A stretch of DNA of 63,399 nucleotides, the filler included, from Clostridiaceae bacterium (lineage in GTDB: Bacteria; Bacillota; Clostridia; CAYPLH01; DUMO01), in NCBI GenBank assembly GCA_012839865.1. It is 4 parts of 4 records of this genome, joined end to end, with 100 filler letters (N's around TTAATTAATTAA, not from the genome) between each part and the next. Parts side by side here need not be neighbours in the genome. Positions count along the whole stretch, not along the records: positions 1 to 26,115 come from DUMO01000056.1; 3 more parts are not named here. One strand, 5' to 3'. Made by a program: the position numbers and the translations under genes. Under the pieces are notes generated by a model that saw only the letters and a list, made by a program, of their open reading frames with translations, searched no databases and was not told where the DNA came from. How positions within the stretch are numbered: the stretch's first letter is position 1; each line of letters starts with the position of its first letter. Of the stretch, positions 11,201 through 20,947 are shown one piece after another.

Positions 11201-11824
11201 AAGTTCAATCAGCTTCTGGTTGACAAGGGTTTGCTCATTTACCCCGCATATCTGAAGCTCAAGAAAGAAATTACCCTGTCCGAAAATATTATTAAACCTT
11301 AAGGCAAGCTCTTTAGCTCTCTCATAGTTGCCGTTAAGCAAGGCATTGGGGATATCCCCGCTAAGGCAGGCACTTAATGCAATAATTCCCTCGCTGTATT
11401 TTTCAAGCACCTCAAAATCCACCCGTGGTTTGTAATAGAAGCCCTCGGTAAAACCGATGGAAACTATCTTCATAAGGTTTTTATAACCTTTGTTGTTTTC
11501 TGCAAGCAATACAAGATGCCCCTGGTCGGAGTCCATGGAGGATTCCTTGTCAAACCTTGACCTTCGGGCCATATATACTTCGCAACCCAGTATCGGTTTT
11601 ACTCCGTGGGCTTTGGCTTCCTTGTAAAAATCAACAACGCCATACATCACGCCATGATCGGTAATGGCCATACTGTCCATTCCAAGGTCCTTTACATGTT
11701 TTATAAGATCCTTTATCCTATTGGCTCCGTCCAAAAGACTGTACTCAGTATGCACATGAAGGTGAACGAACTTTTCAGGATTTTGATTCGGGCTTGGTTT
11801 TTTTTGAATATTGCCATGCTCCAT
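8294..11824 (-). CDS. dnaE: DNA polymerase III subunit alpha
   Basis: PHP domain FVHLHVHTEYSLLDG, GRGSG, PDFDID, KMDFLGL, YAFNKSHAAAY, OB-fold; no intein-sized insertion. Confidence 0.98.
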   Translation of the reverse strand: MEHGNIQKKPSPNQNPEKFVHLHVHTEYSLLDGANRIKDLIKHVKDLGMDSMAITDHGVMYGVVDFYKEAKAHGVKPILGCEVYMARRSRFDKESSMDSDQGHLVLLAENNKGYKNLMKIVSIGFTEGFYYKPRVDFEVLEKYSEGIIALSACLSGDIPNALLNGNYERAKELALRFNNIFGQGNFFLELQICGVNEQTLVNQKLIELSKETGIPLVATNDAHYLKKENARAHEILLCIQTVTSINDENRMKFPTDEFYVKSPQEMCHLFRNIPEAIENTLKIAGRCNVELEFGKLHLPEFKVPGGEEPFEFLSKLCHEGLIERYGKNAAPNIVERLVYELSVIRQMGYVDYFLIVWDFVRFAREKGIMVGPGRGSGTGSLAAYCLKITNVDPIKYNLIFERFLNPERISMPDFDIDFCVARRQEVIDYVIKKYGEDRVAQIITFGTMAARGAIRDVGRALDMPYGEVDQIAKMIPFMPGMTIDNALELSPDLKERYEEDERVAELINTAKLLEGMPRHASTHAAGVVISKDPITEYVPLQKNDDITTTQFPMGTIEELGLLKMDFLGLMNLTIIRDAIGMIEQNHNVRIDIDNIPFDDAEVYKMIAKGKTSGVFQLEGIGMTQFMTELKPESLEDIIAGISLYRPGPMDQIPKYVKYKNNPDEIVYKHPLLEKILCVTYGCIIYQEQVMQIVRELAGYSMGRSDLVRRAMAKKKADIMNQERKNFIYGITDEKGNVIVKGAIRNGVDEKTANDIFDEMVDFASYAFNKSHAAAYAVVAYQTAWLKYHYPVEFMAALLNGALGDSTKVSKYVNECKSMGIQVLPPDINESHISFKVVNGRIRFGLTAVKNVGINAVKLIITERQKNGPFKNFRDFCERIGGQDVNKRCIESLIKCGAFDSFGIYRSKLMAVYEKMIDGVANRIKKNIEGQLSLFQISDSGLVDDEKENYPELNEYPHEMLLSMEKDMLGLYISGHPLDEYRNVLKNYVTLYSTDLELESGEDGREINGEIKNIKDGMNVSIGGIITGRTTKTTKSNNMMAFITVEDLYGSIEVIVFPTILKKYQRLLEVESIVLINGKVSIKEEEAPKIICESVEPVKNITKAARIYLRITEEIDEETERSIEPLLKFFNGNTPVCLYYEKDKRRKDLDREFWVNVNDCLVAELAARLGNENVRFV

Positions 11825-12128
11825 TTTTCATATCTGCCTTTGCAATATAATAATGCATATAAAAAATTACTCAATACGCAATTAAATTATAGCACAGCAT
11901 AGTTTTTAACTCAATCAGGACAGGCAGCAGGCAAAAAGACAAATAGGGCTGGCATGTTTGATCAAATGCAACTTCATGCAAATGAAATGTATGCTGAACA
12001 ATAACAGAGAAACAGACAGGAGAAAAGTTCTCTTGTCTGTTATGTTCTGTATACATTTCATTTACGTGAAACTATATTTGAATAAAGTAATAACGTAAAG
12101 CCAGGAGAATCTTCCTCCGTCCTTAACA

Positions 12129-13193
12129 TTACAACTGGCATATTCCGATAATGAAAAGATTCAACCTTTCTGAAAGGTCTATTTCATAGAAATCGTTCAG
12201 CTTTTGATTGTATTCGTTATATATAATCCTTACTACAGGCCTTGTAGGTAGATTCTGATTATTCTTTACGACAATGCCCTTCTGCCTGTTGTTCAACATA
12301 ACGCCTGAACCTACGGGATAAATGGCAACATGTTTTTTGAAAGCAGCAACCACAGCACTGTCAAATTGAGTGTTTGACAAAGCTGTCAGATACTCCAGTG
12401 CTTCATGGGGTTGCAATTTTTTCCGATAAGCCCGGTTTGATGTCATGGCATCGTATACATCCGCAACAGAAACAATACGTGTAAACTGGTGAATGCTTTC
12501 TCCCCTAAGTTTCAATGGATATCCGCTGCCATCAAGCCTTTCGTGGTGACCAAAGGCTACTATGGCGGAAATAGTGCTGATGTTGTCGCATTTTTTCAGT
12601 ATTTCAAAACCGTAATTGGCATGTTTTTTAACTACTTCAAATTCCTCCGGCACCAGTTGGGAAGGTTTGCACAGTATTTCCATAGGAACCAGAACTTTGC
12701 CGATATCATGCAGGAACGCCCCTATTCCAAGTTCTTTTATACGGTTCATGTTGAATCCCATTCCGATGCCCAGGATTATTGACAATATGCACACGTTTAC
12801 AGAATGCGCAAATGTATATCCGTCCAGGGACTTGATATCCGAAAGATTAACCATTACATTTCTGTTTGCAACAAGCTCGCTTATAAGTTTTTCTGCAATA
12901 TCATGCACCTGCTTAGTGTCAAAACCTGAATCATTCCTTAGACTTATCATTACATTCTGTATGATGGACATAGCTTCCTGTCGGGTTTCTTCTGACACCA
13001 CATCTAAAACATTTATACCTTCCGAGATATCATCCTCAATATATATTTCAGAAATACCAAGCAGTTTCAATCTTTTTAAGTAACTGTTGTTCAGCTCTAC
13101 ACCGGCTTTCAGCAGAACCTTGCCATTTGGACTGAGAATGGAATTGGCAAGAATCATGCCGTCAACTACTTGGTCTATGAGAATTTTTCGCAT
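12129..13193 (-). CDS. HD-GYP domain c-di-GMP phosphodiesterase
   Basis: HSVNV, HDIGK, HHERLDGSGYP, ADVYDAM motifs intact. Confidence 0.9.
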   Translation of the reverse strand: MRKILIDQVVDGMILANSILSPNGKVLLKAGVELNNSYLKRLKLLGISEIYIEDDISEGINVLDVVSEETRQEAMSIIQNVMISLRNDSGFDTKQVHDIAEKLISELVANRNVMVNLSDIKSLDGYTFAHSVNVCILSIILGIGMGFNMNRIKELGIGAFLHDIGKVLVPMEILCKPSQLVPEEFEVVKKHANYGFEILKKCDNISTISAIVAFGHHERLDGSGYPLKLRGESIHQFTRIVSVADVYDAMTSNRAYRKKLQPHEALEYLTALSNTQFDSAVVAAFKKHVAIYPVGSGVMLNNRQKGIVVKNNQNLPTRPVVRIIYNEYNQKLNDFYEIDLSERLNLFIIGICQL

Positions 13194-13330
13194 TTTAGAC
13201 CCCCATACTTCGCCAGGTTTTTTCTTTTTCAGCCAAAATTATAACTTCCATCATTTTAATTTTACAACACTTCTGAAAATTCTTCCAGTATTTCGTTAGT
13301 ATTAACACTGAGCTGTAACTTTTTACCGAA

Positions 13331-14392
13331 TCACAACTCACAAGTGTCAACTACATAAAGATCAGGAATTTCCATTAGATTAATTTCATAGAAATCATTA
13401 AGCTTGTCTCCGTTTTCATCATAAATTATTCTTACCACCGGTCTTGTTGTCAGACTGTTTACACGCATAACCAAACCTTTCATATTATTATTAAGAACAA
13501 CTCCTGTGCCAACCGGATAAACGGCAACATATCTCAAAAAACAATTAACAACATCGGAATCAAATTGTTGAGACGACATTGAAGAAAGGTAATCCACCGC
13601 TTTAAAAACAGGCAGTTTTGGTCTGTATATCCTGTCGGAAGTCATTGCATCATAAACATCGGCAACATTGACTATTTTCGCAAACTTGTGGAGTTTTTCC
13701 CCCTCGATTCCGACAGGATAACCGCTTCCATCAACCCTTTCATGATGCATCAAGGCAATATATCTGGTCAGAAGGCTGAACCCTCCTGAGTTTTTAAGTA
13801 TTTGATAGCCAAAAACCGTATGTTGTTTAATTATATTATATTCATCTTCTGTCAGCTTGTCCGGCTTGTTCAATATATCATTGGGTATTTTAATCTTGCC
13901 TATGTCATGCAGAATTGCACCCATGGCGAGCTCTTCAATACTCGGAATATCATATCCCAGGCCTATTCCCATAATAACCGACAAAATACAGACATTGACA
14001 CAATGTTCATAGGTATATCCATCAGTAGACTTGATGTCCATTAGATTAATCATGATCTTTCCGTTGGCCAGGAGCTCCTGCACCAGTTTTCTGGCTACTC
14101 CCCGCACCTTTTCCCTGTCTACGGAGTTGGAAGCTGATGCATTCTTCAGAACTTCACAAACAATTGTCTTAGCTTCACGACGTGTTTGATCGGATACTAC
14201 ATCCTTTATAACGATACCTTCAGATAATCCATCTTCTATGTATAAATCTGTTATTCCAAGACTTGCCAACCTTTTTATGTACTTTTCGTTTAATTCAATT
14301 CCCGCTGATAATAAAACACTTCCCTGGGCATTGTAAATAGTCTTTCCCAGTCTGGAGCCTGACTCTATATTGTTAATGGAGACCTTCCGCAT
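13331..14392 (-). CDS. HD-GYP domain c-di-GMP phosphodiesterase (tandem paralog)
   Basis: HCVNV, HDIGK, HHERVDGSGYP, ADVYDAM motifs; colinear with 12129-13193. Confidence 0.9.
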   Translation of the reverse strand: MRKVSINNIESGSRLGKTIYNAQGSVLLSAGIELNEKYIKRLASLGITDLYIEDGLSEGIVIKDVVSDQTRREAKTIVCEVLKNASASNSVDREKVRGVARKLVQELLANGKIMINLMDIKSTDGYTYEHCVNVCILSVIMGIGLGYDIPSIEELAMGAILHDIGKIKIPNDILNKPDKLTEDEYNIIKQHTVFGYQILKNSGGFSLLTRYIALMHHERVDGSGYPVGIEGEKLHKFAKIVNVADVYDAMTSDRIYRPKLPVFKAVDYLSSMSSQQFDSDVVNCFLRYVAVYPVGTGVVLNNNMKGLVMRVNSLTTRPVVRIIYDENGDKLNDFYEINLMEIPDLYVVDTCEL

Positions 14393-14462
14393 GTCATCCT
14401 CCCTGAAATAAGCACAGTTGGAATCACTTTGAGTGATTTTCCAATCAATTAATAAATATTCA

Positions 14463-14489
14463 ATTCGACAAATATCACAAAAACCCTGC
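14463..14489 (-). promoter_or_regulatory. putative sigma-H-type promoter of HD-GYP pair
   Basis: Minus strand GCAGGGTTT-N14-GAAT about 70 nt upstream of start, close to sigma-H consensus GCAGGANTT-N14-GAAT. Confidence 0.45.
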
Positions 14490-14502
14490 TAAAAAATAGA
14501 AT

Positions 14503-14530
14503 AAAAAAAGATCCGGAGTAAATCCGGATC
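14503..14530 (-). terminator. intrinsic terminator
   Basis: GATCCGGA-tttac-TCCGGATC followed by T7 on minus strand. Confidence 0.75.
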
Positions 14531-14535
14531 ATAAT

Positions 14536-15030
14536 TTAAAACAATTTGAAACGCTTTTTGCGGAATTTGGGATTTTCGTTTCCATCCCACTTCTTAATTT
14601 TCTCAGAGAATTCCTTGATGATTTTATCAGCCTGTTCCCGGGTTATCTTCCCCGCTTTTACCTTCTCCTCTATCCTGGTTTTGAAATTTTGAAGCAGTAT
14701 TTCCTTTTTCTTTTGAAGCGGAAGCTTATTGAACTCCTCAATTTTTTTTATTCTCTCATCAAGAATTTTTTGCAATTCTGCCGCTTTTTCGTCTGATATT
14801 TTTCCTTCCTTGCGCAGAGACTCGATTATTTTTTTCTTCATTTTAAGATTTTCTATGGGATTACCTTGATCCTCAATTTTTTTGCTTTCTCCCGGGTACT
14901 TGCCTCTTTCATTCTGAATTGTTTGGTCCTGCTCATTCACAGGATTATCCTTATCAGTTATTGCAAATACCGAAGAGAACAACAGGCACGATAAAAGCAA
15001 TGTCAAAAACAGTGTCTTTAAAATTTTCAC
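14536..15030 (-). CDS. secreted Lys/Glu-rich protein with DUF2680/YckD-like repeats
   Basis: GTG start with AAAGGAGG RBS, signal peptide, two KxGKI(S/T)xExAxx repeats. Confidence 0.65.
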   Translation of the reverse strand: MKILKTLFLTLLLSCLLFSSVFAITDKDNPVNEQDQTIQNERGKYPGESKKIEDQGNPIENLKMKKKIIESLRKEGKISDEKAAELQKILDERIKKIEEFNKLPLQKKKEILLQNFKTRIEEKVKAGKITREQADKIIKEFSEKIKKWDGNENPKFRKKRFKLF

Positions 15031-15242
15031 TGCGCCGACCTCCTTTCAAAAGTATTATTTCCAAACTGAAGCTAAAATTGTGCTGGAATTTGAAGCAATT
15101 TATGTATTACGAATTTTAAACGCCAAAGTTTAACCATAAAACTGCAAAAAAAGAAGGCTTAAATTTAAGCCTTTTTATGTAACCTTGTCAAAATCATTCG
15201 GTCAACCATAGTACCCATATATAGCCTTGATAATTAAGCAGG

Positions 15243-16724
15243 TTATAATATTATGCAAATCAATCCGCTGCTTCCGTCATTGATTATGCGCTGCAGTGTT
15301 TCCTGGAGCTTGATTTGTGCATCCTCAGGCATCTTGAACAATTTATTCTGGAGCCCTTCTTTGATAAGCTCATGCAGAGATTTGCCAAATATTTGAGACT
15401 CCCAGAGTTTCTCCGGATTATCCTCAAATTCTGCCAGGAGGTAATTAACCAGTTCTGCAGACTGTTTTTCGGAACCCACCAGGGGAGCTATTTCAGTTTC
15501 AATGTCCGCCCGGATCATGTGTACTGATGGCGCGCTGGCACGCAGCTTCACACCGAAGCGGTTGCCCTGTCTCACTATTTCAGGCTCGTCAAGGGTTAGT
15601 TCATCCATCTGGGGTGCAATGATTCCATATCCTTTTGTTCTTACTTCATGCAGTGCGTATTCAACTTTTGAATATTCTTTCTTGACCGCAGCAAGCTCTT
15701 TTATCAGTGTGATAAGCCTATGTTCACCCTCAATTTCAATACCGGACAGTTCACTTAGAACACTGTAGAATAACCTGTCAGGTGTATTGATTTCCACCAG
15801 TGACTTTCCAGTGCCAAGGTCTATCCTGTCAATGTATGCTTTTTTAATGAAGTCATAATTGAACCTGCCAACGGAATCCTTTATTTCCCTTATCTTTCTT
15901 ACATTCCTGAAGCATTCCTTAATGGCATTTATCATATCCACTCTCAGCCAATGATCCTGTGAAAGGGCTTCCACCCACCTGGGAATATTTATGCCAACCT
16001 CGCAAACCGGGAACTCATAAAGAATATGCTCCATAATGTAATTAACGTTATCGATGCCCATCCTCATTGCATCAACGCTTACAACCGGAATTTTATACTT
16101 CTCCTCAAGTTCCGCCCGAAGTTGCATAGTATCTTCAGCATCGGGATTTGTTGAGTTCAGGATCATTACAAAGGGCTTGTTCGTGGCCTTCAATTCCCTG
16201 ACAACCCGCTCTTCGGCTTCCACATACTCTTCCCGGTCAATATCCGTGATTGAACCGTCTGTAGTAACCAGTATACCGATAGTGGAATGTTCATTTATAA
16301 CCTTCCTGGTTCCAATCTCAGCCGCCTGGCCGAAAGGTATCTGCTCATCAAACCATGGCGTATTCACCATTCTCGGAGCATTTTCCTCAAGATACCCCCG
16401 TGCCCCTTTAACTATGTACCCTACGCAATCCACCATTCTGACTTTGAACTTGATGTTTTCGTTTAATGTTATTTCTACAGCCTCATTTGGAACAAATTTG
16501 GGTTCTGTTGTCATTATTGTTCTTCCGTTAGCGCTTTGGGGCAATTCATCTCTTGCCCTTTCCCTTTTGAATTCATTGTCAATGTTCGGCAAAACCAAAA
16601 GATCCATGAACCTTTTAATGAAAGTTGATTTCCCGGTTCTGACCGGACCGACAACGCCTACATAAATATCACCCTGAGTTCTATCAGCAATATGCTTATA
16701 AATATTATACCTTTCCACCGGCAA
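15243..16724 (-). CDS. spoIVA: stage IV sporulation protein A
   Basis: GVVGPVRTGKSTFIKRFM, DELPQSANGRTIMTTEPKF, C-terminal GLICIIL. Confidence 0.98.
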   Translation of the reverse strand: MPVERYNIYKHIADRTQGDIYVGVVGPVRTGKSTFIKRFMDLLVLPNIDNEFKRERARDELPQSANGRTIMTTEPKFVPNEAVEITLNENIKFKVRMVDCVGYIVKGARGYLEENAPRMVNTPWFDEQIPFGQAAEIGTRKVINEHSTIGILVTTDGSITDIDREEYVEAEERVVRELKATNKPFVMILNSTNPDAEDTMQLRAELEEKYKIPVVSVDAMRMGIDNVNYIMEHILYEFPVCEVGINIPRWVEALSQDHWLRVDMINAIKECFRNVRKIREIKDSVGRFNYDFIKKAYIDRIDLGTGKSLVEINTPDRLFYSVLSELSGIEIEGEHRLITLIKELAAVKKEYSKVEYALHEVRTKGYGIIAPQMDELTLDEPEIVRQGNRFGVKLRASAPSVHMIRADIETEIAPLVGSEKQSAELVNYLLAEFEDNPEKLWESQIFGKSLHELIKEGLQNKLFKMPEDAQIKLQETLQRIINDGSSGLICIIL

Positions 16725-16989
16725 CCCTCCTTATATTATTTAAACAACCTGGTTGTGGCAAATTAACGGCTGAATTTGGTATCCTAACCTGTCAACTATA
16801 GCTTAAAAGCAGTCCTGTGCTTTTAAAATCCATATTTTTTTGATTTACATACATCGTATAGTTAATATTATTAATGCAACGCAAAAAATATGTCCGTTTT
16901 TTTCAGGTTTGTTCAAATTAATTTGCTGTATTTCGAAATGATTGCACGGTGAAATTTCTTATGATATTTTTATTATTCCTTAAGACTGA

Positions 16990-17613
16990 TTATGATTTCT
17001 TCTTTCCCAACTTGGACTCGGTTCCTTTAATAATGCGCCTGATATTCTCCCTGTGCCTTACAATTGCCATAACTGCAATAATAAAGGCAAAAAACGCAAA
17101 AGTCAAAGTCTTTTCAAATACCGGCAGCAATGACAGAAAGGGGAACAAAAATGCGCCTGCCACCGAGCCTAATGAAACATACCTTGTAACCGCTACTATC
17201 ACGATAAAAACACCCAGCAGCAAAAGTCCCATTCTCCAGTCCATCATGAATATTACGGTAATTGACGTAAAAATCCCCTTGCCCCCTTTGAATCCGAAAT
17301 AAACAGGCCAGTTATGCCCGATGACGGCAAAAAGCCCGGCAAGCATTATTCCCAGGTCACCAATTCCTTCAACATACCCTATTATGTAATTCCCGAGCAA
17401 ACATGCCAGGACGCCTTTCAACACATCACCGATTGCCACCAGCAAAGCAGCAGTTTTCCCTAAAGTGCGCAAAGTATTGGTCGCTCCTGCATTTCCGCTG
17501 CCATGCCTTCTGATATCAATACCGTAAAACCTGCCTACAAGCAATGATGTGTTTATACTTCCAAGCAGATAGCCCAAAAGTACGGTTGCAAAAATTTTCA
17601 ACGCCATCAGCAA
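16990..17613 (-). CDS. plsY: glycerol-3-phosphate acyltransferase PlsY
   Basis: GSGNAGATN, GHNWP..FGFKGGKG, RHRENIRR motifs. Confidence 0.95.
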   Translation of the reverse strand: MLMALKIFATVLLGYLLGSINTSLLVGRFYGIDIRRHGSGNAGATNTLRTLGKTAALLVAIGDVLKGVLACLLGNYIIGYVEGIGDLGIMLAGLFAVIGHNWPVYFGFKGGKGIFTSITVIFMMDWRMGLLLLGVFIVIVAVTRYVSLGSVAGAFLFPFLSLLPVFEKTLTFAFFAFIIAVMAIVRHRENIRRIIKGTESKLGKKKS

Positions 17614-17618
17614 TCAAA

Positions 17619-18941
17619 TCACCTCTTATCCCGCTCTCTTATTATAAAACGAATAGGCGTACCCTCAAATCCGAAACTCTTCCTTAGCTGGTTTTCAATA
17701 TACCTCTCATATGAATAATGCATCAGTTCCCTGTCGTTTACAAAAACCACAAATGTCGGAGGTTTCACCGAAACTTGCGTCATATAAAAAATTTTAAGCC
17801 TTTTTCCTTTGTCTGATGGAGGTTGCATTATTGCAACAGCTTCATTCAGCACATCATTTACCATGCCTGTTGAAATCCTCATTGAAGCCTGGTTTGACAC
17901 ATAATTTATCAATTCGAACAACTTATCCAACCTCTGGCCCGTCTGGGCTGAAATAAAGATTATCGGGGCATATGTCATGAAAGCCAGCTTTTCCATGACT
18001 TTCTTCCTGTATTTTTCCAAAGTTCCAGTTGATTTTTCAACAAGATCCCACTTATTCACCGCAATTACCGAAGCCTTGCCGGCATCATGGGCGTACCCTG
18101 CTATTTTGGTATCCTGCTCCGTAACTCCATCCTGGGCATCAATCATTACAACACATACATCTGCCCGTTCAATGGCGGTCCATGAACGTATGACACTGTA
18201 TCTTTCAATATTCTCCCGTATTTTGCTCTGTCTTCTTATGCCTGCAGTATCAATGAATACATATTTGTTTTCTCCCTTTTCGACATAAGAATCTATTGCA
18301 TCCCTTGTGGTACCCGGTATGTCACTGACAATTACACGTTCCTCCCCTAATACTTTATTTATGAGGGATGATTTTCCCGTATTCGGCTTTCCAATGACAG
18401 CCACCTTGATTATATCTTCGTCATAATCCTCTTCCCCTTCTTTTGGGAAAAGTTCATAAAGCCTGTCAAGAAGGTCGCCTATTCCAAGTCCGTGAACCGA
18501 TGAGATTAAAAACAAATCACCTATTCCCAGGTTATAAAATTCATATGCTTCCGGAGGCGGACTTCCCACATTATCGATCTTATTAACAGCCAGGACAACC
18601 GGCTTGCGTGTTTTTCTGAGCATTTCTGCGACTTCCTTGTCCGATGAAGTAATTCCGCCTTTACCGTCCACCATGAAAAGAATTACGTCAGCCACATCAA
18701 TGGCCATTTGAGCCTGCTGCCTCATTTTCTGCAAAATTGGATCTTCTGCGTATGGCTCAATGCCCCCCGTATCTATTAATGTAAATTTCCTGTCCAGCCA
18801 TTCTATTTCAGTGTAGATTCTGTCTCTTGTCACACCTGGTGTATCATCAACTATGGAAATTCTCTTTTTGGCAACATAATTGAAAAATGTAGATTTTCCC
18901 ACGTTAGGTTTGCCGACTATTGCTACAACCGGCTTTGCCAC
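17619..18941 (-). CDS. der: ribosome biogenesis GTPase Der/EngA
   Basis: Two G-domains ([32 protein letters not shown]) and KH-like C-terminus. Confidence 0.98.
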   Translation of the reverse strand: MAKPVVAIVGKPNVGKSTFFNYVAKKRISIVDDTPGVTRDRIYTEIEWLDRKFTLIDTGGIEPYAEDPILQKMRQQAQMAIDVADVILFMVDGKGGITSSDKEVAEMLRKTRKPVVLAVNKIDNVGSPPPEAYEFYNLGIGDLFLISSVHGLGIGDLLDRLYELFPKEGEEDYDEDIIKVAVIGKPNTGKSSLINKVLGEERVIVSDIPGTTRDAIDSYVEKGENKYVFIDTAGIRRQSKIRENIERYSVIRSWTAIERADVCVVMIDAQDGVTEQDTKIAGYAHDAGKASVIAVNKWDLVEKSTGTLEKYRKKVMEKLAFMTYAPIIFISAQTGQRLDKLFELINYVSNQASMRISTGMVNDVLNEAVAIMQPPSDKGKRLKIFYMTQVSVKPPTFVVFVNDRELMHYSYERYIENQLRKSFGFEGTPIRFIIRERDKR

Positions 18942-19151
18942 TTCAAATCACCCCGTTCTTTTGCAAACATTTTTTATTTATCTTGCGCAACCCTCTGCCG
19001 CGCCTGTATAACAACTTAAGTTCCATTTCTTTTTATTTCCGAATGTCTCAAAGATGCAACCGTTTGTTGAGCATCCCGGAAATTGGAGGTTCCATTTCGT
19101 TTAATTCAAAATAATTAAAAAAGCAATCTCTTGTTGAACTTCCCGGACATC

Positions 19152-20516
19152 TCAATTCCCATTGCGTTTATTTCCAGTCTTCTTATCAGATGACTTTTTC
19201 CCTGTTCCCAGAATGTTTTTGACAAAGTCCTTTGCAGTATTCCTGACAGGAGTGACTTTAACATTCAGTATTTTTTCTAAATCTTTTATTGTATAATCAT
19301 CCAAAAAAACATCTTCCCCGGATTTTAGCATTGAGCTGCAAATCAAAAGTTCATCTCCCAGATCACAGCCTGTCAGCTGACTGATAATATCCTGGCCTGT
19401 TAAAAGACCTGTTACCGTAACATTTTCTCCGAAGAATTCATTTTTTATTTCATACACATTGACTTTGAGTCCTTCAAATCTTGATTCCAGCTCCAATGCC
19501 AGATCTTTAATGAATTTATACGCCGCAACACCTGTTACCAGGCTGACAGCCCTCTGCCCGGCGTTGAATTTCAAATTACGCTTCATGTGTTTATTAAAAT
19601 CGTTAATAAACAGAGCAATCATTCCGACACCGTTCTCAAGCTGTGGAAATCCTTCATAATGCTCATATGGCGGGATGGGTTTCTCAGCCATTATATAAAA
19701 CTCATCAGCCAGATAAACAATACTCGAGCCGTATTTTTCCTTGTTTTTCTTCTGCCATTTCTTCACCTGCTCGATAACTTTCAGGGATGACATCTTGTCA
19801 TAAGGTTCTATTGCAGGAAGGTTATCCCTGTATTTTGTAAGGCCGACAGGTACCACGGATATGCTCTTAACGCCAGGATAGAGAGAACTTAAGTCAAACA
19901 GGCTCTTATCAAGTTCATCCCCGTCATTAATCCCTCTGCACAGCACAATCTGGCAGTTTACAGTGATCCCGCCTTCAACCAGGCTTTTTATCTTTTTCAT
20001 GACATCGCCTGCAAACCTGTTCTTGAGCATCAATACTCTAAGGTCTGAATTGGTTGTGTGAACAGATACATTTATAGGCGACATCTTGTATATTTTTATG
20101 CGTTCTATATCATCCCAGGTTATATTTGTCAAGGTAACATAGTTGCCCAGGAGAAAAGACAATCTTGTGTCGTCATCCTTGAAATAAAGGGTTTCCCGCA
20201 TTCCTGGCGGAAGCTGGTCAATAAAGCAAAAAATACATTTATTTGTGCATCCCCTGGCCTTATCCATCATGGGATTCTCAAATTCAATTCCCAGATCTTC
20301 ATATTCATCCTTGAATATCTCAATCTCCCATACTTCCTCATTTTGCTTTTCAATTTCAAGCATGATTTCTCTGTCTATCGTTAAAAACCTGTAATCAAAC
20401 ACATCCTTCAAAGGTTTGCCGTTGATTGACAGCATGGTATCCCCGGGCTCAATTCCCGCCTCATCAGCAATACTTCCCTTTTGAACGCTTTTTATAACTT
20501 TGCTGTTAAAATCCAA
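19152..20516 (-). CDS. DUF512 protein (PDZ + radical-SAM-like Fe-S domain)
   Basis: CTNKCIFCFIDQLP CxxxCxxC motif, QLENGVG; TTG 20516 follows GGAGGG RBS. Confidence 0.88.
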   Translation of the reverse strand: MDFNSKVIKSVQKGSIADEAGIEPGDTMLSINGKPLKDVFDYRFLTIDREIMLEIEKQNEEVWEIEIFKDEYEDLGIEFENPMMDKARGCTNKCIFCFIDQLPPGMRETLYFKDDDTRLSFLLGNYVTLTNITWDDIERIKIYKMSPINVSVHTTNSDLRVLMLKNRFAGDVMKKIKSLVEGGITVNCQIVLCRGINDGDELDKSLFDLSSLYPGVKSISVVPVGLTKYRDNLPAIEPYDKMSSLKVIEQVKKWQKKNKEKYGSSIVYLADEFYIMAEKPIPPYEHYEGFPQLENGVGMIALFINDFNKHMKRNLKFNAGQRAVSLVTGVAAYKFIKDLALELESRFEGLKVNVYEIKNEFFGENVTVTGLLTGQDIISQLTGCDLGDELLICSSMLKSGEDVFLDDYTIKDLEKILNVKVTPVRNTAKDFVKNILGTGKKSSDKKTGNKRNGN

Positions 20517-20620
20517 ATAACACACCCTCCATAAAAACCAATGCATCAAGGCTATTTATTACCAAGGCCGGTCATCATTTTATTATATAGCATGCCTGCC
20601 GATTTGCATAGGCAAAAATA

Positions 20621-20646
20621 AAAACAGCAGATTTGAACTGCTGTTT
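20621..20646 (-). terminator. probable terminator after rpmF
   Basis: AAACAGCAG/CTGCTGTTT stem with T-run on minus strand. Confidence 0.6.
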
Positions 20647-20702
20647 GTTATTTTCGGTCTGTATTAAGTTAAGGCATTCGGAGTCAACTTAAACTCCTGA
20701 AA

Positions 20703-20885
20703 TTATTTTGCTTCTACCTTAATTACTTCTTTACCGTCATAATAACCACATTCCTTGCATACCCTATGAGGCAGCTTCAAAGTATGGCACTGAGAGCATT
20801 CAACCAATCCGGGCATAACCAGTTTCCATTGTGCTCTTCTTTTCGCCTTTCTGGCCTTTGATGTTTTTCGCTTTGGTACAGCCAT
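20703..20885 (-). CDS. rpmF: 50S ribosomal protein L32 (Zn-binding form)
   Basis: [10 protein letters not shown]...CSQC...[11 protein letters not shown]. Confidence 0.98.
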   Translation of the reverse strand: MAVPKRKTSKARKAKRRAQWKLVMPGLVECSQCHTLKLPHRVCKECGYYDGKEVIKVEAK

Positions 20886-20947
20886 TTATTTCAACACCTC
20901 CTCATTGTATCCGTCACCTTATCCTCTAAAAGTGCATCCATACAATA

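Noticed and set aside
8294..11824. Intein or split in dnaE
   Set aside because: Length (1176 aa) and continuous motifs leave no room for an insertion
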